Notes under the pieces: model-generated
Seen by the model: only the letters and a program-made list of their open reading frames with translations
Database searches by the model: none
What the model was told of the DNA's origin: nothing
Assembly: GCA_964558705.1 (NCBI GenBank)
Contig: CAZLFC010000002.1
Span: forward strand, 1 to 42,524
From: an uncultured Dehalococcoidales bacterium
GTDB lineage: Bacteria > Chloroflexota > Dehalococcoidia > Dehalococcoidales > GCA-2688105
Direction: 5' to 3'
DNA length: 42,524 bases
In this document: piece after piece, positions 15,956 through 26,029 of the stretch
How the letters are laid out: each line of letters starts with the position of its first letter
Numbering within the stretch: the stretch's first letter is position 1
Position numbers and translations under genes: made by a program

Positions 15956-17788
15956 TTGGCAAGGGCAAGCAAACCGTCTAAAATTACAAATTCCCCAAAT
16001 GAAAAACCTGCTGATGACTCTTCGTCACCAAAGGCACAGTCAGTCGAGATTCCTCATACCTTGAGTGTAAGGCAATTGGCCGACCTTCTACAGGTTAGCG
16101 CCATAGATATTATTAAGCAACTGATGCGAAATGGCATTATGGCTAATATTAACCAGATTATTGGTTACGAAACCGCCTCCGCCATAGCCACAGTCTTCGA
16201 TTATGAAGCACGCCCGATACCCAAGTCAGCCCAGAGCTCAACCAGTGCTATCGGTGAGATTAAGAAACCCCGTCCCCAGGACGAGGAATTTGGCAGTGGC
16301 CTAAAGCCACGACCTCCCGTAGTTACGATTATGGGACATGTTAATCATGGTAAGACCAGACTGCTGGATGCTATTCGAGAAACTAACGTGATGGATACAG
16401 AGGCGGGCAGCATTACTCAGCATATTGGCGCCTATCAGGCAAAGGTTAATGAGCAAAAGATTACCTTTTTAGACACTCCGGGGCATGAAGCCTTCACCGC
16501 TATGCGAGCCCGTGGAGCGCAGGTAACCGATATCACGGTACTGGTGGTGGCGGCTGACGACGGAGTAATGCCACAGACCCTGGAAGCGATAGACCATGCC
16601 CAGGCAGCAGGAGTGCCGATTGTGGTCGCTATTAACAAAATTGATAAGCTCGAAGCCAACATTGATATGGTCAAGCAACAGCTGGCTGATGCCGGGGTCG
16701 TGGTTGAGGAGTGGGGAGGTGACACAGTTTACTCATTAGTTTCGGCTAAAGAGAAAAAAGGTATCCCTGAACTGCTGGAAAGTATTTTGCTCGTGGCCGA
16801 AATGGAGAATCTCACGGCAAACCCAAACAAACCGGCAGAGGGGACGGTCATCGAAGCTGAGATGGACAAAACAAAAGGACCCATGGCCACAGTACTAATT
16901 CACACCGGAACCCTGAGGGTTGTCGATACCGTTGTAGTTGGCACCACATGGGGCAGGCTAAGAGCAATGTTTAATGACACGGGTAAACGACTCAGGAAGG
17001 CGGAGCCGTCTACCCCTGTTGAAATTCTCGGACTGGATAGCGTACCCCGGGTGGGAGATAACTTAACCACCGTGGCCAGCGAGAAGCAAGCTCGAGCTTT
17101 GATACAAAAACGGCAAGCGGAAATAAAGCAACAGGCGCTGTCAGTGAACCTCAGTAATTTATATGAACAGATAAGCGCCGGCCAGATAAAAGAGCTTAAT
17201 GTTATTCTTAAGACCGATGTTCAAGGTAGCATTGAGCCGATAAGAAGCTCTCTGGAACAGCTGGGGACAAAGGAGGTTCAGGTTAGAGTTATCCATAGTG
17301 GCAGCGGTAACATTACGGAGAGTGACATTTCACTTGCCATTGCCTCCAAGGGGCTCGTCATCGGTTTTAATACCGGTACTGAGACAGGAGCTCGGCGATT
17401 AGCAGATATAGAAGGCGTAAGTATTCGCAATTATGATGTAATCTACACTTTGACAGACGACGTGGACAAAGCACTTAAAGGCCTGCTGGAACCTTCTTAT
17501 GTCGATGTCATCGAGGGACGCGCTGAGGTACGGGCTATCTTCACCGCTGCGAAAAAGCAAAAGGTAGCCGGCGTCTATGTCACCGAAGGCAAGATAAGCC
17601 GAGGCGCCTCGCTCAGGGTGAAACGACAGGAACAAGTAGTGTCTGAACCTACGATTGGTAGCCTGAAACGATTTAAGGATGATGTGAAGGAGGTGAATGC
17701 AGACTACGAGTGTGGGATAGGCTTCAAAGATTTCAATGGCTTTGAAGTAGGAGATATCCTGGAATTTTTCAGGAGGGAAAAGAAGTAG
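15956..17788 (+). CDS. infB: Translation initiation factor IF-2
   Basis: GTPase motifs [13 protein letters not shown] and NKID. TTG start with AAGGAG 8 nt upstream. Confidence 0.95.
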   Translation: MARASKPSKITNSPNEKPADDSSSPKAQSVEIPHTLSVRQLADLLQVSAIDIIKQLMRNGIMANINQIIGYETASAIATVFDYEARPIPKSAQSSTSAIGEIKKPRPQDEEFGSGLKPRPPVVTIMGHVNHGKTRLLDAIRETNVMDTEAGSITQHIGAYQAKVNEQKITFLDTPGHEAFTAMRARGAQVTDITVLVVAADDGVMPQTLEAIDHAQAAGVPIVVAINKIDKLEANIDMVKQQLADAGVVVEEWGGDTVYSLVSAKEKKGIPELLESILLVAEMENLTANPNKPAEGTVIEAEMDKTKGPMATVLIHTGTLRVVDTVVVGTTWGRLRAMFNDTGKRLRKAEPSTPVEILGLDSVPRVGDNLTTVASEKQARALIQKRQAEIKQQALSVNLSNLYEQISAGQIKELNVILKTDVQGSIEPIRSSLEQLGTKEVQVRVIHSGSGNITESDISLAIASKGLVIGFNTGTETGARRLADIEGVSIRNYDVIYTLTDDVDKALKGLLEPSYVDVIEGRAEVRAIFTAAKKQKVAGVYVTEGKISRGASLRVKRQEQVVSEPTIGSLKRFKDDVKEVNADYECGIGFKDFNGFEVGDILEFFRREKK

Positions 17789-17812
17789 CAATACTTAATC
17801 GGAGAAATAATT

Positions 17813-18166
17813 ATGGCATACCGTATTGAGCGAGTGAATAATCTCATTCGCCAGGAACTCAGTGAGCTGCTTAAGCGCCAAGTCAAAGACCCGAGACTTG
17901 GCTGCTTTGTCACCGTAACCGCGGTATCCACCTCGGTAGACCTGAAATATGCCAAGATATTCGTCAGCCGAATATGTAACGAAGAAGAAAAACAAGAGAC
18001 ATTAACGGCACTAACCGGTGCATCACATTTCTTCCGCAGTGAACTAACCAAACGTTTAAAACTACGACGTATCCCCGAACTGAGCTTCCAGTGGGATGAT
18101 TCCATTGAGCGTGGAGCCCACCTCTTACAACTAATTGATGAAATCAGGCTGGACAGAGAGCGCTAA
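17813..18166 (+). CDS. rbfA: Ribosome-binding factor A
   Basis: RVNNLIRQELSELL...DPRLG...VTVTAVSTSVDLKYAKIFVS is typical of RbfA. Conserved position after infB. Confidence 0.93.
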   Translation: MAYRIERVNNLIRQELSELLKRQVKDPRLGCFVTVTAVSTSVDLKYAKIFVSRICNEEEKQETLTALTGASHFFRSELTKRLKLRRIPELSFQWDDSIERGAHLLQLIDEIRLDRER

Positions 18167-18172
18167 GAAACG

Positions 18173-19069
18173 GTGGACGGTATACTAAATATTAACAAAC
18201 CCTGGGGTAAGACCTCTTTCAGTGTCGTGGCTACGGTGAGACGACTGAGCGGTGAGCGGCGCGTGGGGCATGCCGGCACTCTCGACCCGACTGCTACCGG
18301 CGTCTTACCCGTTTGCCTGGGTCAGGGAACCCGCGTTACTGAGTTCTTAGTAGACACCACCAAGTCTTACCAGGCTCAGATTGAATTGGGGGTGACTACA
18401 GATACTTACGATGCCAGCGGTAAGATTATCCAGAAACGAGACCCCTCCCGGATTAGCCAGAGCCAATTAGAGTCAGCGCTTACTTCTTTCTGCGGTTTAA
18501 TACAGCAGACCCCTCCCATGTATAGCGCGGTCAAGCATCAAGGCAAACGACTTTACGAACTGGCACGGGCAGGAATTCAGGTTGAGCGAGCCAGCAGACC
18601 AACCAGAATCTACCATCTGGAGCTTACAGACTGGCAACCGCCTATAGCCACCATAGAAGTGGTATGCGGTAAGGGCACCTACATCCGCTCATTAGCCAAT
18701 GACCTGGGGGAGGTATTGGGTTGCGGAGCTACCTTGAAGGACTTAACCCGTTTAAGATGCGGCCCTTTCAATATCAAGGATGCGGTTTCGGTACCCCAGC
18801 TTGAGGAAGCCTTCCGCCACGGGTACTGGCAACACCTTGTCTATCCCTTAGATACCGTGCTCTTGCACTGGACAGCTGTGGTGGTCAGTGACAGCGAGGA
18901 GCAGGTTATAAAGAATGGGGGGCCTCTGGCCCTGGAGAATTACGACAGCCCGGCAAAGCTTCCTTCCGGGAATCGCTGCCGCGCCTATAATCATGACGGT
19001 CGCTTCCTGGGTGTGCTGCGCTTCGACTCAAAAAGCGGACAATGGCAACCCCGGAAGGTTTTTGTGTAG
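18173..19069 (+). CDS. truB: tRNA pseudouridine(55) synthase
   Basis: GILNINKPWGKTS and the catalytic HAGTLDP motif. GTG start. Confidence 0.93.
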   Translation: MDGILNINKPWGKTSFSVVATVRRLSGERRVGHAGTLDPTATGVLPVCLGQGTRVTEFLVDTTKSYQAQIELGVTTDTYDASGKIIQKRDPSRISQSQLESALTSFCGLIQQTPPMYSAVKHQGKRLYELARAGIQVERASRPTRIYHLELTDWQPPIATIEVVCGKGTYIRSLANDLGEVLGCGATLKDLTRLRCGPFNIKDAVSVPQLEEAFRHGYWQHLVYPLDTVLLHWTAVVVSDSEEQVIKNGGPLALENYDSPAKLPSGNRCRAYNHDGRFLGVLRFDSKSGQWQPRKVFV

Positions 19070-19117
19070 CAATAGGAAGCTGAAGCTCCGGCTCTGGTAA
19101 ATAAAGTGCCAAAAACC

Positions 19118-19145
19118 TTGACAGTTTACTTATAATAGATATATA
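19118..19145 (+). promoter_or_regulatory. Candidate promoter for the small Zn-ribbon gene
   Basis: TTGACA (19118-19123), 16-nt spacer, TATATA (19140-19145). The AGGAGG RBS follows at 19166-19171. Confidence 0.4.
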
Positions 19146-19180
19146 GTTCAAACAATGCACTCTCAAGGAGGTAGTAGAAA

Positions 19181-19321
19181 TTGCAGGCTTATTGCTTCAA
19201 GTGTAGAAAGAAAGTAGAGATACAAAATCCAGAGCGTGTGACGCTAAAGAATAAGAGGCCGGCTACACGCGGTGTCTGTCCTTCATGCGGAACTAAAGTA
19301 TTCAGAATCGGCCAAGGTTAA
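19181..19321 (+). CDS. Small zinc-ribbon protein, DUF5679-like (46 aa)
   Basis: Not in the ORF track because it is under 60 aa. TTG start 9 nt after AGGAGG. Translation: MQAYCFKCRKKVEIQNPERVTLKNKRPATRGVCPSCGTKVFRIGQG, with two CxxC pairs. It matches my memory of the DUF5679 consensus (C.KC....V..P..VT.KNGRPAT.G.CP.CGTK.FRIG). Confidence 0.7.
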   Translation: MQAYCFKCRKKVEIQNPERVTLKNKRPATRGVCPSCGTKVFRIGQG

Positions 19322-19699
19322 CCAGCTGCCAACGATTTCGCCCCTCCGAAGATATGTTGCTCCTAGATGATAATAACCAAATTGAGCAATCGGGCACGGG
19401 CGCAATAGACTAATACCGTAGCGTTGTTATAAACTGCAGTTAGTGAATTTTGGTGTAATGGGCATCAGGGTGTAGAGAGAATCGAACTCTGTTGCAGAGA
19501 AAAAGAAGTTCTGAATAATTAATTAGATAAAGCCTTTTCTGGTGCCGATTTCCCTGAAGATGAAGTTACAGTTACGAGTTTGCCTGCTTACGGGGATTGC
19601 CTTCATAATGAATTGGTTGCATAATCAAATACGGTAGACCAGGATAATTTCTAAAGCCCACTTTTTATAGTGGCTTTCTCGGAAAGGAGAAGTTGAACC

Positions 19700-20800
19700 T
19701 TGGGTAAGATAAATGTAGCTATAATAGGTGCTGGCAACTGTGCCTCGTCACTGGTCCAAGGCATTCAATTCTACAAGCAAGCCAAAGAAACTGAATTCGT
19801 GCCTGGACTTATGCATGTTAATCTGGGTGGGTATCATATCAGCGACATCAATTTCGTAGCCGCCTTTGATATTGATAAAAACAAGGTCGGTAAAGACCTG
19901 GCCCAGGCAATTTTCACCAAGCCCAATAATACCTTTAAATTTTGCGATGTACCAACCACCGGTGTTAAAGTGCAGCGAGGCATGACCCATGACGGACTCG
20001 GCAAGTACCTGTCGCAAATAATAGAGAAAGCACCCGGCCCCACAGCCGACATAGTCAAAATCCTTAAAGAAACCAAAACCGATATAGTAATTAACTACCT
20101 GCCCGTGGGCAGCGAAGAGGCAACTAAATGGTATATCGAGCAGGTGCTGGAAGCTCACTGCGGCTTGATAAACTGTATCCCGGTTTTTATTGCCCGCGAG
20201 AAGTACTGGCAGGAGCGCTTTGCTGACAAGGGCCTCCCCATTATTGGCGATGATGTAAAATCTCAGGTTGGAGCCACCATAGTTCATCGCGTGCTTACCC
20301 GGCTATTTAGAGACCGCGGGGTTAGATTGGAGAGAACCTACCAATTGAATTTCGGCGGTAATACCGACTTCCTGAACATGTTAGAGCGGGAGCGCCTTGA
20401 ATCCAAGAAGATATCCAAGACTTCCGCCGTTACCTCCCAGTTAGATTATACCTTTGACCCCAATGATATTCATGTAGGTCCCAGTGATTATGTTCCCTGG
20501 CTTGACGACCGCAAGTTCTGCCATATCAAAATGGAGGGACGAACCTTCGGCGATGTCCCCCTGAACCTTGAGCTTAAGCTTGAGGTGTGGGACAGTCCTA
20601 ACTCAGCCGGAGTAGTTATTGATGCTATAAGATGCTGCAAGCTTGGTTTGGACCGGGGATTGAAAGGCTCACTGATAGGCCCTTCTGCCTATTTTATGAA
20701 GTCGCCACCCGTCCAATATTCGGATGATGAAGCCCGCCGAATGGTAGAAGAGTTCATTGTCAGTACCCAGCCAACTGCCGGAGAAAATTCAACTGAGTAA
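19700..20800 (+). CDS. ino1: myo-Inositol-1-phosphate synthase
   Basis: NAD-binding N-terminus [16 protein letters not shown]; the DD-K context [14 protein letters not shown]; [16 protein letters not shown] start after GGAAAGGAGAAG. Confidence 0.88.
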   Translation: MGKINVAIIGAGNCASSLVQGIQFYKQAKETEFVPGLMHVNLGGYHISDINFVAAFDIDKNKVGKDLAQAIFTKPNNTFKFCDVPTTGVKVQRGMTHDGLGKYLSQIIEKAPGPTADIVKILKETKTDIVINYLPVGSEEATKWYIEQVLEAHCGLINCIPVFIAREKYWQERFADKGLPIIGDDVKSQVGATIVHRVLTRLFRDRGVRLERTYQLNFGGNTDFLNMLERERLESKKISKTSAVTSQLDYTFDPNDIHVGPSDYVPWLDDRKFCHIKMEGRTFGDVPLNLELKLEVWDSPNSAGVVIDAIRCCKLGLDRGLKGSLIGPSAYFMKSPPVQYSDDEARRMVEEFIVSTQPTAGENSTE

Positions 20801-20830
20801 ATCTGTAAGGAGGTTCCACGAAAACCGCTT

Positions 20831-21997
20831 ATGAAAATAGCACTGGTCTCCCCTTATGACTTTGCCTACCCGGGCGGTGTAACCAACCATATCTCATCGC
20901 TTTATTACTACCTTTCCCAAATGGGGCATGACGTCAAGGTAATTGCCCCCGCATCTAAGGTAGTCTCCACTTTTGGTGATAGGTTTATACCACTAGGCAG
21001 ACCCCGGTCTATTCCTGCCAGTGGCTCCATTGCTCGTGTTACCATATCAATCAGACTGGGGCCCGCCATTAAAGCCGTGCTCGCTAGTGAGAACTTTGAT
21101 ATTGTCCACCTTCATGAACCCTTTATGCCTATGCTATGCACCACCGTACTCCATCTGTCAAAGACCAAAATGGTAGGTACTTTTCACGCCTTTGCCGGTA
21201 AGCCCGCCTATAATTTTGGCAAACCCCTTACCATCCGACTTCTGAGGAAGTGGTTCCAGAAGCTTGACGGCAAGATTGCCGTGTCCAAACCCGCCATGGA
21301 GTTTGCTAACAAACATCTAACCGGACACTACGATATTATCCCTAACGGAGTTGATTTAAAGCATTTTTCTCCCGATGTGCCCCCAATCGATGAATTCTGT
21401 GATGGAAAACTGAATATTCTTTTTACCGGTCGCCTGGAGAAACGAAAAGGGGTGAACTATCTGCTTAAAGCCTACCAGCGAGTCAAGGAGGAAATCCCTG
21501 ACGCGCGCCTCATCATAGTTGGCCCCGGCACCAGACTGCGCAATAAATATGAGAAACACGTCAGGAAAAATGGTCTAAAGGATGTAGTTTTTACCGGTCA
21601 TGTATCTTATGAGGACCTGCCCAGATATTATAAGACAGCCGACGTTTTCTGTGCCCCGGCTACCGGAAGCGAAAGCTTCGGCATTATCTTACTGGAAGCG
21701 ATGGCTATTGGTAAACCAATCGTTGCCTCCAATATAGACGGCTACGCCAGACTAATAACTCCCGGCGCTGAAGGGCTACTGGTGCCGCCAAGAGATGAGA
21801 AAATGCTAGCCCAGGCACTGGTATCCCTTTTAACTAACGAATCACTCCGGCAAGAGATGGGAGCTAGAGGAATTCTCAAAGCCAAAGAGTACGACTGGAA
21901 ACTTCTTGCCCAACGGATAGTAGATTACTATAACAGCATACTGAATGGGACTCCGTGGGAGGAACAACCAGTGGAATCTGAAGCTATGTCAATCTAA
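20831..21997 (+). CDS. pimA: GT4 glycosyltransferase, PimA-like (phosphatidylinositol alpha-mannosyltransferase candidate)
   Basis: The N-terminus MKIALVSPYDFAYPGGVTNHISSL...GHDVKVIAPAS closely resembles the mycobacterial PimA N-terminus as I recall it. GT4 EX7E region: ESFGIILLEAMAIGKPIVAS. Confidence 0.75.
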   Translation: MKIALVSPYDFAYPGGVTNHISSLYYYLSQMGHDVKVIAPASKVVSTFGDRFIPLGRPRSIPASGSIARVTISIRLGPAIKAVLASENFDIVHLHEPFMPMLCTTVLHLSKTKMVGTFHAFAGKPAYNFGKPLTIRLLRKWFQKLDGKIAVSKPAMEFANKHLTGHYDIIPNGVDLKHFSPDVPPIDEFCDGKLNILFTGRLEKRKGVNYLLKAYQRVKEEIPDARLIIVGPGTRLRNKYEKHVRKNGLKDVVFTGHVSYEDLPRYYKTADVFCAPATGSESFGIILLEAMAIGKPIVASNIDGYARLITPGAEGLLVPPRDEKMLAQALVSLLTNESLRQEMGARGILKAKEYDWKLLAQRIVDYYNSILNGTPWEEQPVESEAMSI

Positions 21998-22047
21998 GTG
22001 AAAACCGATGACAGCTCAGATGGCTTTACTGTAAAAAATAACGTCTA

Positions 22048-22647
22048 ATGACAAAATTATCCGAAATTCGCAAGGCAGCAGGCCATAACTTTGTCCAACC
22101 GGCAGTGCGGTTTCTAGCCAGGACACCGATAACACCTACTACCCTAACCTGGACTGGTTTCTTGCTAGCTGTTGTTGCCGCAGTACTTATTGCCCAAGGA
22201 TACCTTTGGGTCGCCGGGCTAGTGGTGCTTGCTGCCGGTTTCTTCGACCTTCTGGACGGGGCATTAGCCCGATACATCAATCGAACCACCCAGTTTGGTG
22301 CCATCCTTGATTCCACGCTTGACCGCCTATCCGAGGGGGCACTGCTAATCGGCATCCTGGTCTTCTATACCAGAGAACCTTCTACTGTCGGCGTCCTACT
22401 AACCGGCATTGCCCTGCTCGGTTCACTGCTGGTGAGCTATCTCAGAGCCAGAGGAGAAGCGCTGGGGCTGGAATGCCAGGGAGGATTATTCACCCGGCCG
22501 GAGAGGGTCATCGTGCTGGCGCTGGGCCTTTTACTGAGCTACTTCAACTATGCCTTAATTACTGCATTAGGTATCATCGTGATATTTAGTTTTATTACCG
22601 TTGGTCAGAGGTTAGTCCATTTGTGGCGAGAAACAAAGGACAGGTAG
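22048..22647 (+). CDS. CDP-alcohol phosphatidyltransferase (phosphatidylinositol-phosphate synthase candidate)
   Basis: Full family motif D-x2-DG-x2-AR-x8-G-x3-D-x3-D, seen as FDLLDGALARYINRTTQFGAILDSTLDR. About six TM segments. Confidence 0.85.
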   Translation: MTKLSEIRKAAGHNFVQPAVRFLARTPITPTTLTWTGFLLAVVAAVLIAQGYLWVAGLVVLAAGFFDLLDGALARYINRTTQFGAILDSTLDRLSEGALLIGILVFYTREPSTVGVLLTGIALLGSLLVSYLRARGEALGLECQGGLFTRPERVIVLALGLLLSYFNYALITALGIIVIFSFITVGQRLVHLWRETKDR

Positions 22648-22761
22648 CTTGGGAAAGTCTTTTTTACACTTTTAATCCACCCTTAAAGATTTTGTGTCCA
22701 GTTACTTTTATCCAAGACACTATTATGCTATAAATAAAGAGGATTTTGAGAAGGAGAAGTA

Positions 22762-24045
22762 ATGTCAGTTATTGCTGTCGTTGGAGCCCAATGGGGCGAT
22801 GAAGGCAAAGGTAAGGTAGTTGACCTGCTTTCCGAAAAGGTCGGGGTAGTAGTCCGTTTTTCCGGCGGTGACAATGCCGGTCATACCGTAATCAACTCAT
22901 ATGGTGAATTTAGACTACACATTATACCATCCGGTATCTTTTATCCGCACACCGTCTGTATTATTGGCAACGGCGTAGTGGTTAACCCCGCTGTCCTGCT
23001 TGACGAGATGAACCAGCTTAACCAGTTTGGCATAAATACCGGGAACTTATTTATCAGCGACCGGGCCCACCTGATTATGCCCTATCATCTCCTCCTTGAC
23101 CAGCTGGAAGAGGAATCACGGGCCGGAAAGGCAATAGGCACCACGCGCAAGGGCATCGGTCCTGCCTTTACCGACAAGGTAGCCAGGTTGGGTATTAGAG
23201 CCGGTGACCTGCTGGACAAAGAGGCCTTCCTGGAGCGACTCCGTCCTATACTTGAATACAAGAACACCATTCTGACCAAAGTCTATGGGGCTAGTGCCCT
23301 GTCACTGGATAAGATGTATAACCAGTACCGCCAGTATGGGGAACGATTGGCACCTCATATTCGGGAGACAGATATAATGCTGGAGGAAGCCCTGAAAAAA
23401 GGCGAGCTGGTCCTCCTGGAAGGAGCCCAAGGAACCTTACTTGATCCTGACTTCGGCACTTATCCTTACACTACCTCTTCTTCACCCCTTGCCAGCGGAG
23501 CCTGTCTGGGAGCCGGTATCAGCCCGACCAGTATCAGTCATATTTTAGGCATATTTAAAGCCTATTGCACCAGAGTTGGTAGCGGCCCCATGCCTACTGA
23601 ACTGATTGATGAAACTGGAGATTTGATACGGGAAATAGCTCACGAATACGGCGCCACCACCGGCCGACCCCGTCGCTGTGGCTGGTTTGACGCTGTGGTC
23701 GCCCGCCATAGCACCCGCGTTAATGGCTTTACCAACGCCGCAATTACCCGACTCGACATCCTTGATACTTTACCTCAGATGAAGATATGTGTTAGCTATA
23801 AATTGGATGGAGAGATTATCAACCACGTACCCAGCAATATAGCTGCTCTGGAAAGATGTCAGCCTATCTACGAAGAGATGCCGGGGTGGCAAACTCCTAC
23901 CAGCGATATCCGTAAATATAAGCAATTGCCCCCCCAGGCTCACCGGTATATCACCAGACTGGAAGAACTTATGTGCTGCCCCGTCAGTCTTATCTCGGTA
24001 GGAGCCGCGAGAGAGCAAACTATCCTGAAGACGCCTCTCATATAA
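22762..24045 (+). CDS. purA: Adenylosuccinate synthetase
   Basis: GAQWGDEGKGK P-loop, GGDNAGHTV, TTRKGIGPAF and GTTGRPRRCGW. Confidence 0.95.
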   Translation: MSVIAVVGAQWGDEGKGKVVDLLSEKVGVVVRFSGGDNAGHTVINSYGEFRLHIIPSGIFYPHTVCIIGNGVVVNPAVLLDEMNQLNQFGINTGNLFISDRAHLIMPYHLLLDQLEEESRAGKAIGTTRKGIGPAFTDKVARLGIRAGDLLDKEAFLERLRPILEYKNTILTKVYGASALSLDKMYNQYRQYGERLAPHIRETDIMLEEALKKGELVLLEGAQGTLLDPDFGTYPYTTSSSPLASGACLGAGISPTSISHILGIFKAYCTRVGSGPMPTELIDETGDLIREIAHEYGATTGRPRRCGWFDAVVARHSTRVNGFTNAAITRLDILDTLPQMKICVSYKLDGEIINHVPSNIAALERCQPIYEEMPGWQTPTSDIRKYKQLPPQAHRYITRLEELMCCPVSLISVGAAREQTILKTPLI

Positions 24046-24112
24046 CACACATCATCGCCTAGCGTTCAACGGACAGGAAAGCCTGAATAGTTACGAGGGA
24101 TAATCTGACACC

Positions 24113-25003
24113 CTATACCGGCAGGTCAATCCGGTAGCTTTTCAGGGTATCTTTGATATAAGCGGCGGTTTTTTCATCGGGCTCGGTAAGGGGCAGGCGG
24201 GGCTTACCCACCTTGAAGCCGACACAGTTGAGAGCATACTTAAGTGGAATCGGGTTAGCCACCACGAACATTGCATCAATCAGCGGGAGAAGACTACGGT
24301 GAATAATGGCGGCTTCGTCTATCTTGCCGCTAATAATGTCATCAATCATCTCCTTGATTTGACTGCCAACCAGGTGGGAGATAACACTGATTACCCCGTA
24401 GCCGCCGGAGGCTATTATGGGCAGAGTATCGCCATCGTTACCACTCCAGACAAGGAAGCCGTCCCTGGCATCATTAATAATCTTGGCTACCTGAGCCAGA
24501 TTACCACTGGCCTCTTTTATGCCGATAATGTTGTCAATATGGCTTAGCCTGATAGCGGTATCGGCGGACAGGTTCGCCACGGTGCGTGATGGCACATTGT
24601 AGAGGATACAGGGCAGCTTGGTGCCCTGAGCAATAGTCTTGAAGTGCTGATACAAGCCCTCTTGAGTAGGTTTATTATAGTAGGGAACCACCAACAGGCA
24701 GGCATCAACCCCGATTTTCTCCGCTTCTTTAGTCGTCCCCAAGGCCTCGGCAGTGCTATTACTGCCCGTTCCAGCCACAACTGAACCTCGCCCCGCTAAT
24801 GCCGACTTAATCTCAGCAAAAAGACGCAACTCTTCCTCCCGTATCAGCGTGGGAGATTCACCGGTAGTGCCTACAACTACCAGGCCATCACTTCCCGAGT
24901 CGAGCAGGGCTAAGGCTAATCTCCTAGCCTGCTCGTAATCAACCCCTCCTGCCTCATCAAAGGGGGTAACCATTGCGGTTAGTAATCGTCCTATCTTCAC
25001 CAT
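24113..25003 (-). CDS. dapA: 4-hydroxy-tetrahydrodipicolinate synthase
   Basis: TAMVTPF, GTTGES, YNVPSRT and the Schiff-base Lys context IGIKEASG. Confidence 0.93.
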   Translation of the reverse strand: MVKIGRLLTAMVTPFDEAGGVDYEQARRLALALLDSGSDGLVVVGTTGESPTLIREEELRLFAEIKSALAGRGSVVAGTGSNSTAEALGTTKEAEKIGVDACLLVVPYYNKPTQEGLYQHFKTIAQGTKLPCILYNVPSRTVANLSADTAIRLSHIDNIIGIKEASGNLAQVAKIINDARDGFLVWSGNDGDTLPIIASGGYGVISVISHLVGSQIKEMIDDIISGKIDEAAIIHRSLLPLIDAMFVVANPIPLKYALNCVGFKVGKPRLPLTEPDEKTAAYIKDTLKSYRIDLPV

Positions 25004-25021
25004 TTTCTACCCCCGGATATA

Positions 25022-26029
25022 TCAGTCTATCTTAGCTATCTCTTCAGCAATCTGGACGGCGTTTAGAGCCGCCCCCTTACGCAGATTGTCAACCACCACC
25101 CACATAACCAAGCCATTAGAGTCAGAGGCATCCCGCCTAACACGTCCCACAAAAACCTCGTCAGTGCCGGCTACCGACCAGGGCTGCGGATAAAGACTGA
25201 TTGCCGGGTCATCTAATACTCTGACCCCGGGAGCCTTAGCGAGGATATGATGAGCCTCTTCAGGAGACATCGGCTGGGAGAACTTTAAGTGAATTGAGGC
25301 ACTATGCCCCGTAAATACCGGAACCCGTACACAGGTAGCTGATATATCTATACTACTGGCGTGCATTATCTTCCTGGTTTCTTCTACCATCTTCCATTCT
25401 TCTTTAGTATAGCCATTGTCCAGGAAAACATCAATTTCAGGCAGGACATTAAAGGCTATTTGATGAGGATAAACATGGGGAGCGGTATTCTGCCCTTCTA
25501 ACACCTGCCTGCTTTGTGTAGTTAGTTCTTCTACTGCTGCCGAGCCAGTACCTGATACCGCCTGGTAGGTATCAACGATGATGCGCTTTATGGGATTGAC
25601 CTTGTGTAAAGGGTATATCGCTACCACCATTTGAATAGTAGAACAATTGGGATTGGCTATAATCCCCTTATGCAACTTAACATCCTCAGGGTTAACCTCA
25701 GGCACCACCAGAGGAACGGCAGGCACCATCCTGAAAGCAGAGCTATTGTCGATAACCACGGCTCCCGATTGGGCAGCTATCGGTGAGAAATAGCGACTAA
25801 CCTCAGCCCCTGCGGAGAAGAGGGCGATATTTACTCCCTTGAATGCCTCAGGTGCTGTTTCTTTAACTTCAATCTCCTGATGATTGACAAACAACTTCTT
25901 ACCTGCGGAACGGTCTGAGGCTAAAAGGCGAATCGAGTTCATCGGGAAGCTTCGTTGCACCAGTACCTTGATAAACTCTTGCCCGACAAGTCCGGTGGCA
26001 CCAACAATGGCTACGTCATATCCCTTCAT
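25022..26029 (-). CDS. asd: Aspartate-semialdehyde dehydrogenase
   Basis: VGATGLVGQ Rossmann motif, active-site NPNCSTI, and SGTG. The A at position 26029 is shared by the asd ATG and the dapB stop codon (TAATG). Confidence 0.93.
   Translation of the reverse strand: MKGYDVAIVGATGLVGQEFIKVLVQRSFPMNSIRLLASDRSAGKKLFVNHQEIEVKETAPEAFKGVNIALFSAGAEVSRYFSPIAAQSGAVVIDNSSAFRMVPAVPLVVPEVNPEDVKLHKGIIANPNCSTIQMVVAIYPLHKVNPIKRIIVDTYQAVSGTGSAAVEELTTQSRQVLEGQNTAPHVYPHQIAFNVLPEIDVFLDNGYTKEEWKMVEETRKIMHASSIDISATCVRVPVFTGHSASIHLKFSQPMSPEEAHHILAKAPGVRVLDDPAISLYPQPWSVAGTDEVFVGRVRRDASDSNGLVMWVVVDNLRKGAALNAVQIAEEIAKID

Noticed and set aside
19118-19136. TTGACA followed by a perfect TATAAT (19131-19136) as a promoter pair
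   Set aside because: The spacer is only 7 nt, which is incompatible with sigma70 geometry. The TATATA at 19140-19145 (16-nt spacer) is the workable -10.
19470-19500. tRNA-like T-arm (minus strand AGAG-TTCGATT-CTCT followed by CTACACCC)
   Set aside because: There is no complementary 5' acceptor strand, D-arm or anticodon arm within about 80 nt. It is not a tRNA gene and is kept only as a possible remnant within the non-coding-gap finding.
19748-20287. 179-aa minus-strand ORF
   Set aside because: It is antisense to the clearly recognisable inositol-1-phosphate synthase gene.
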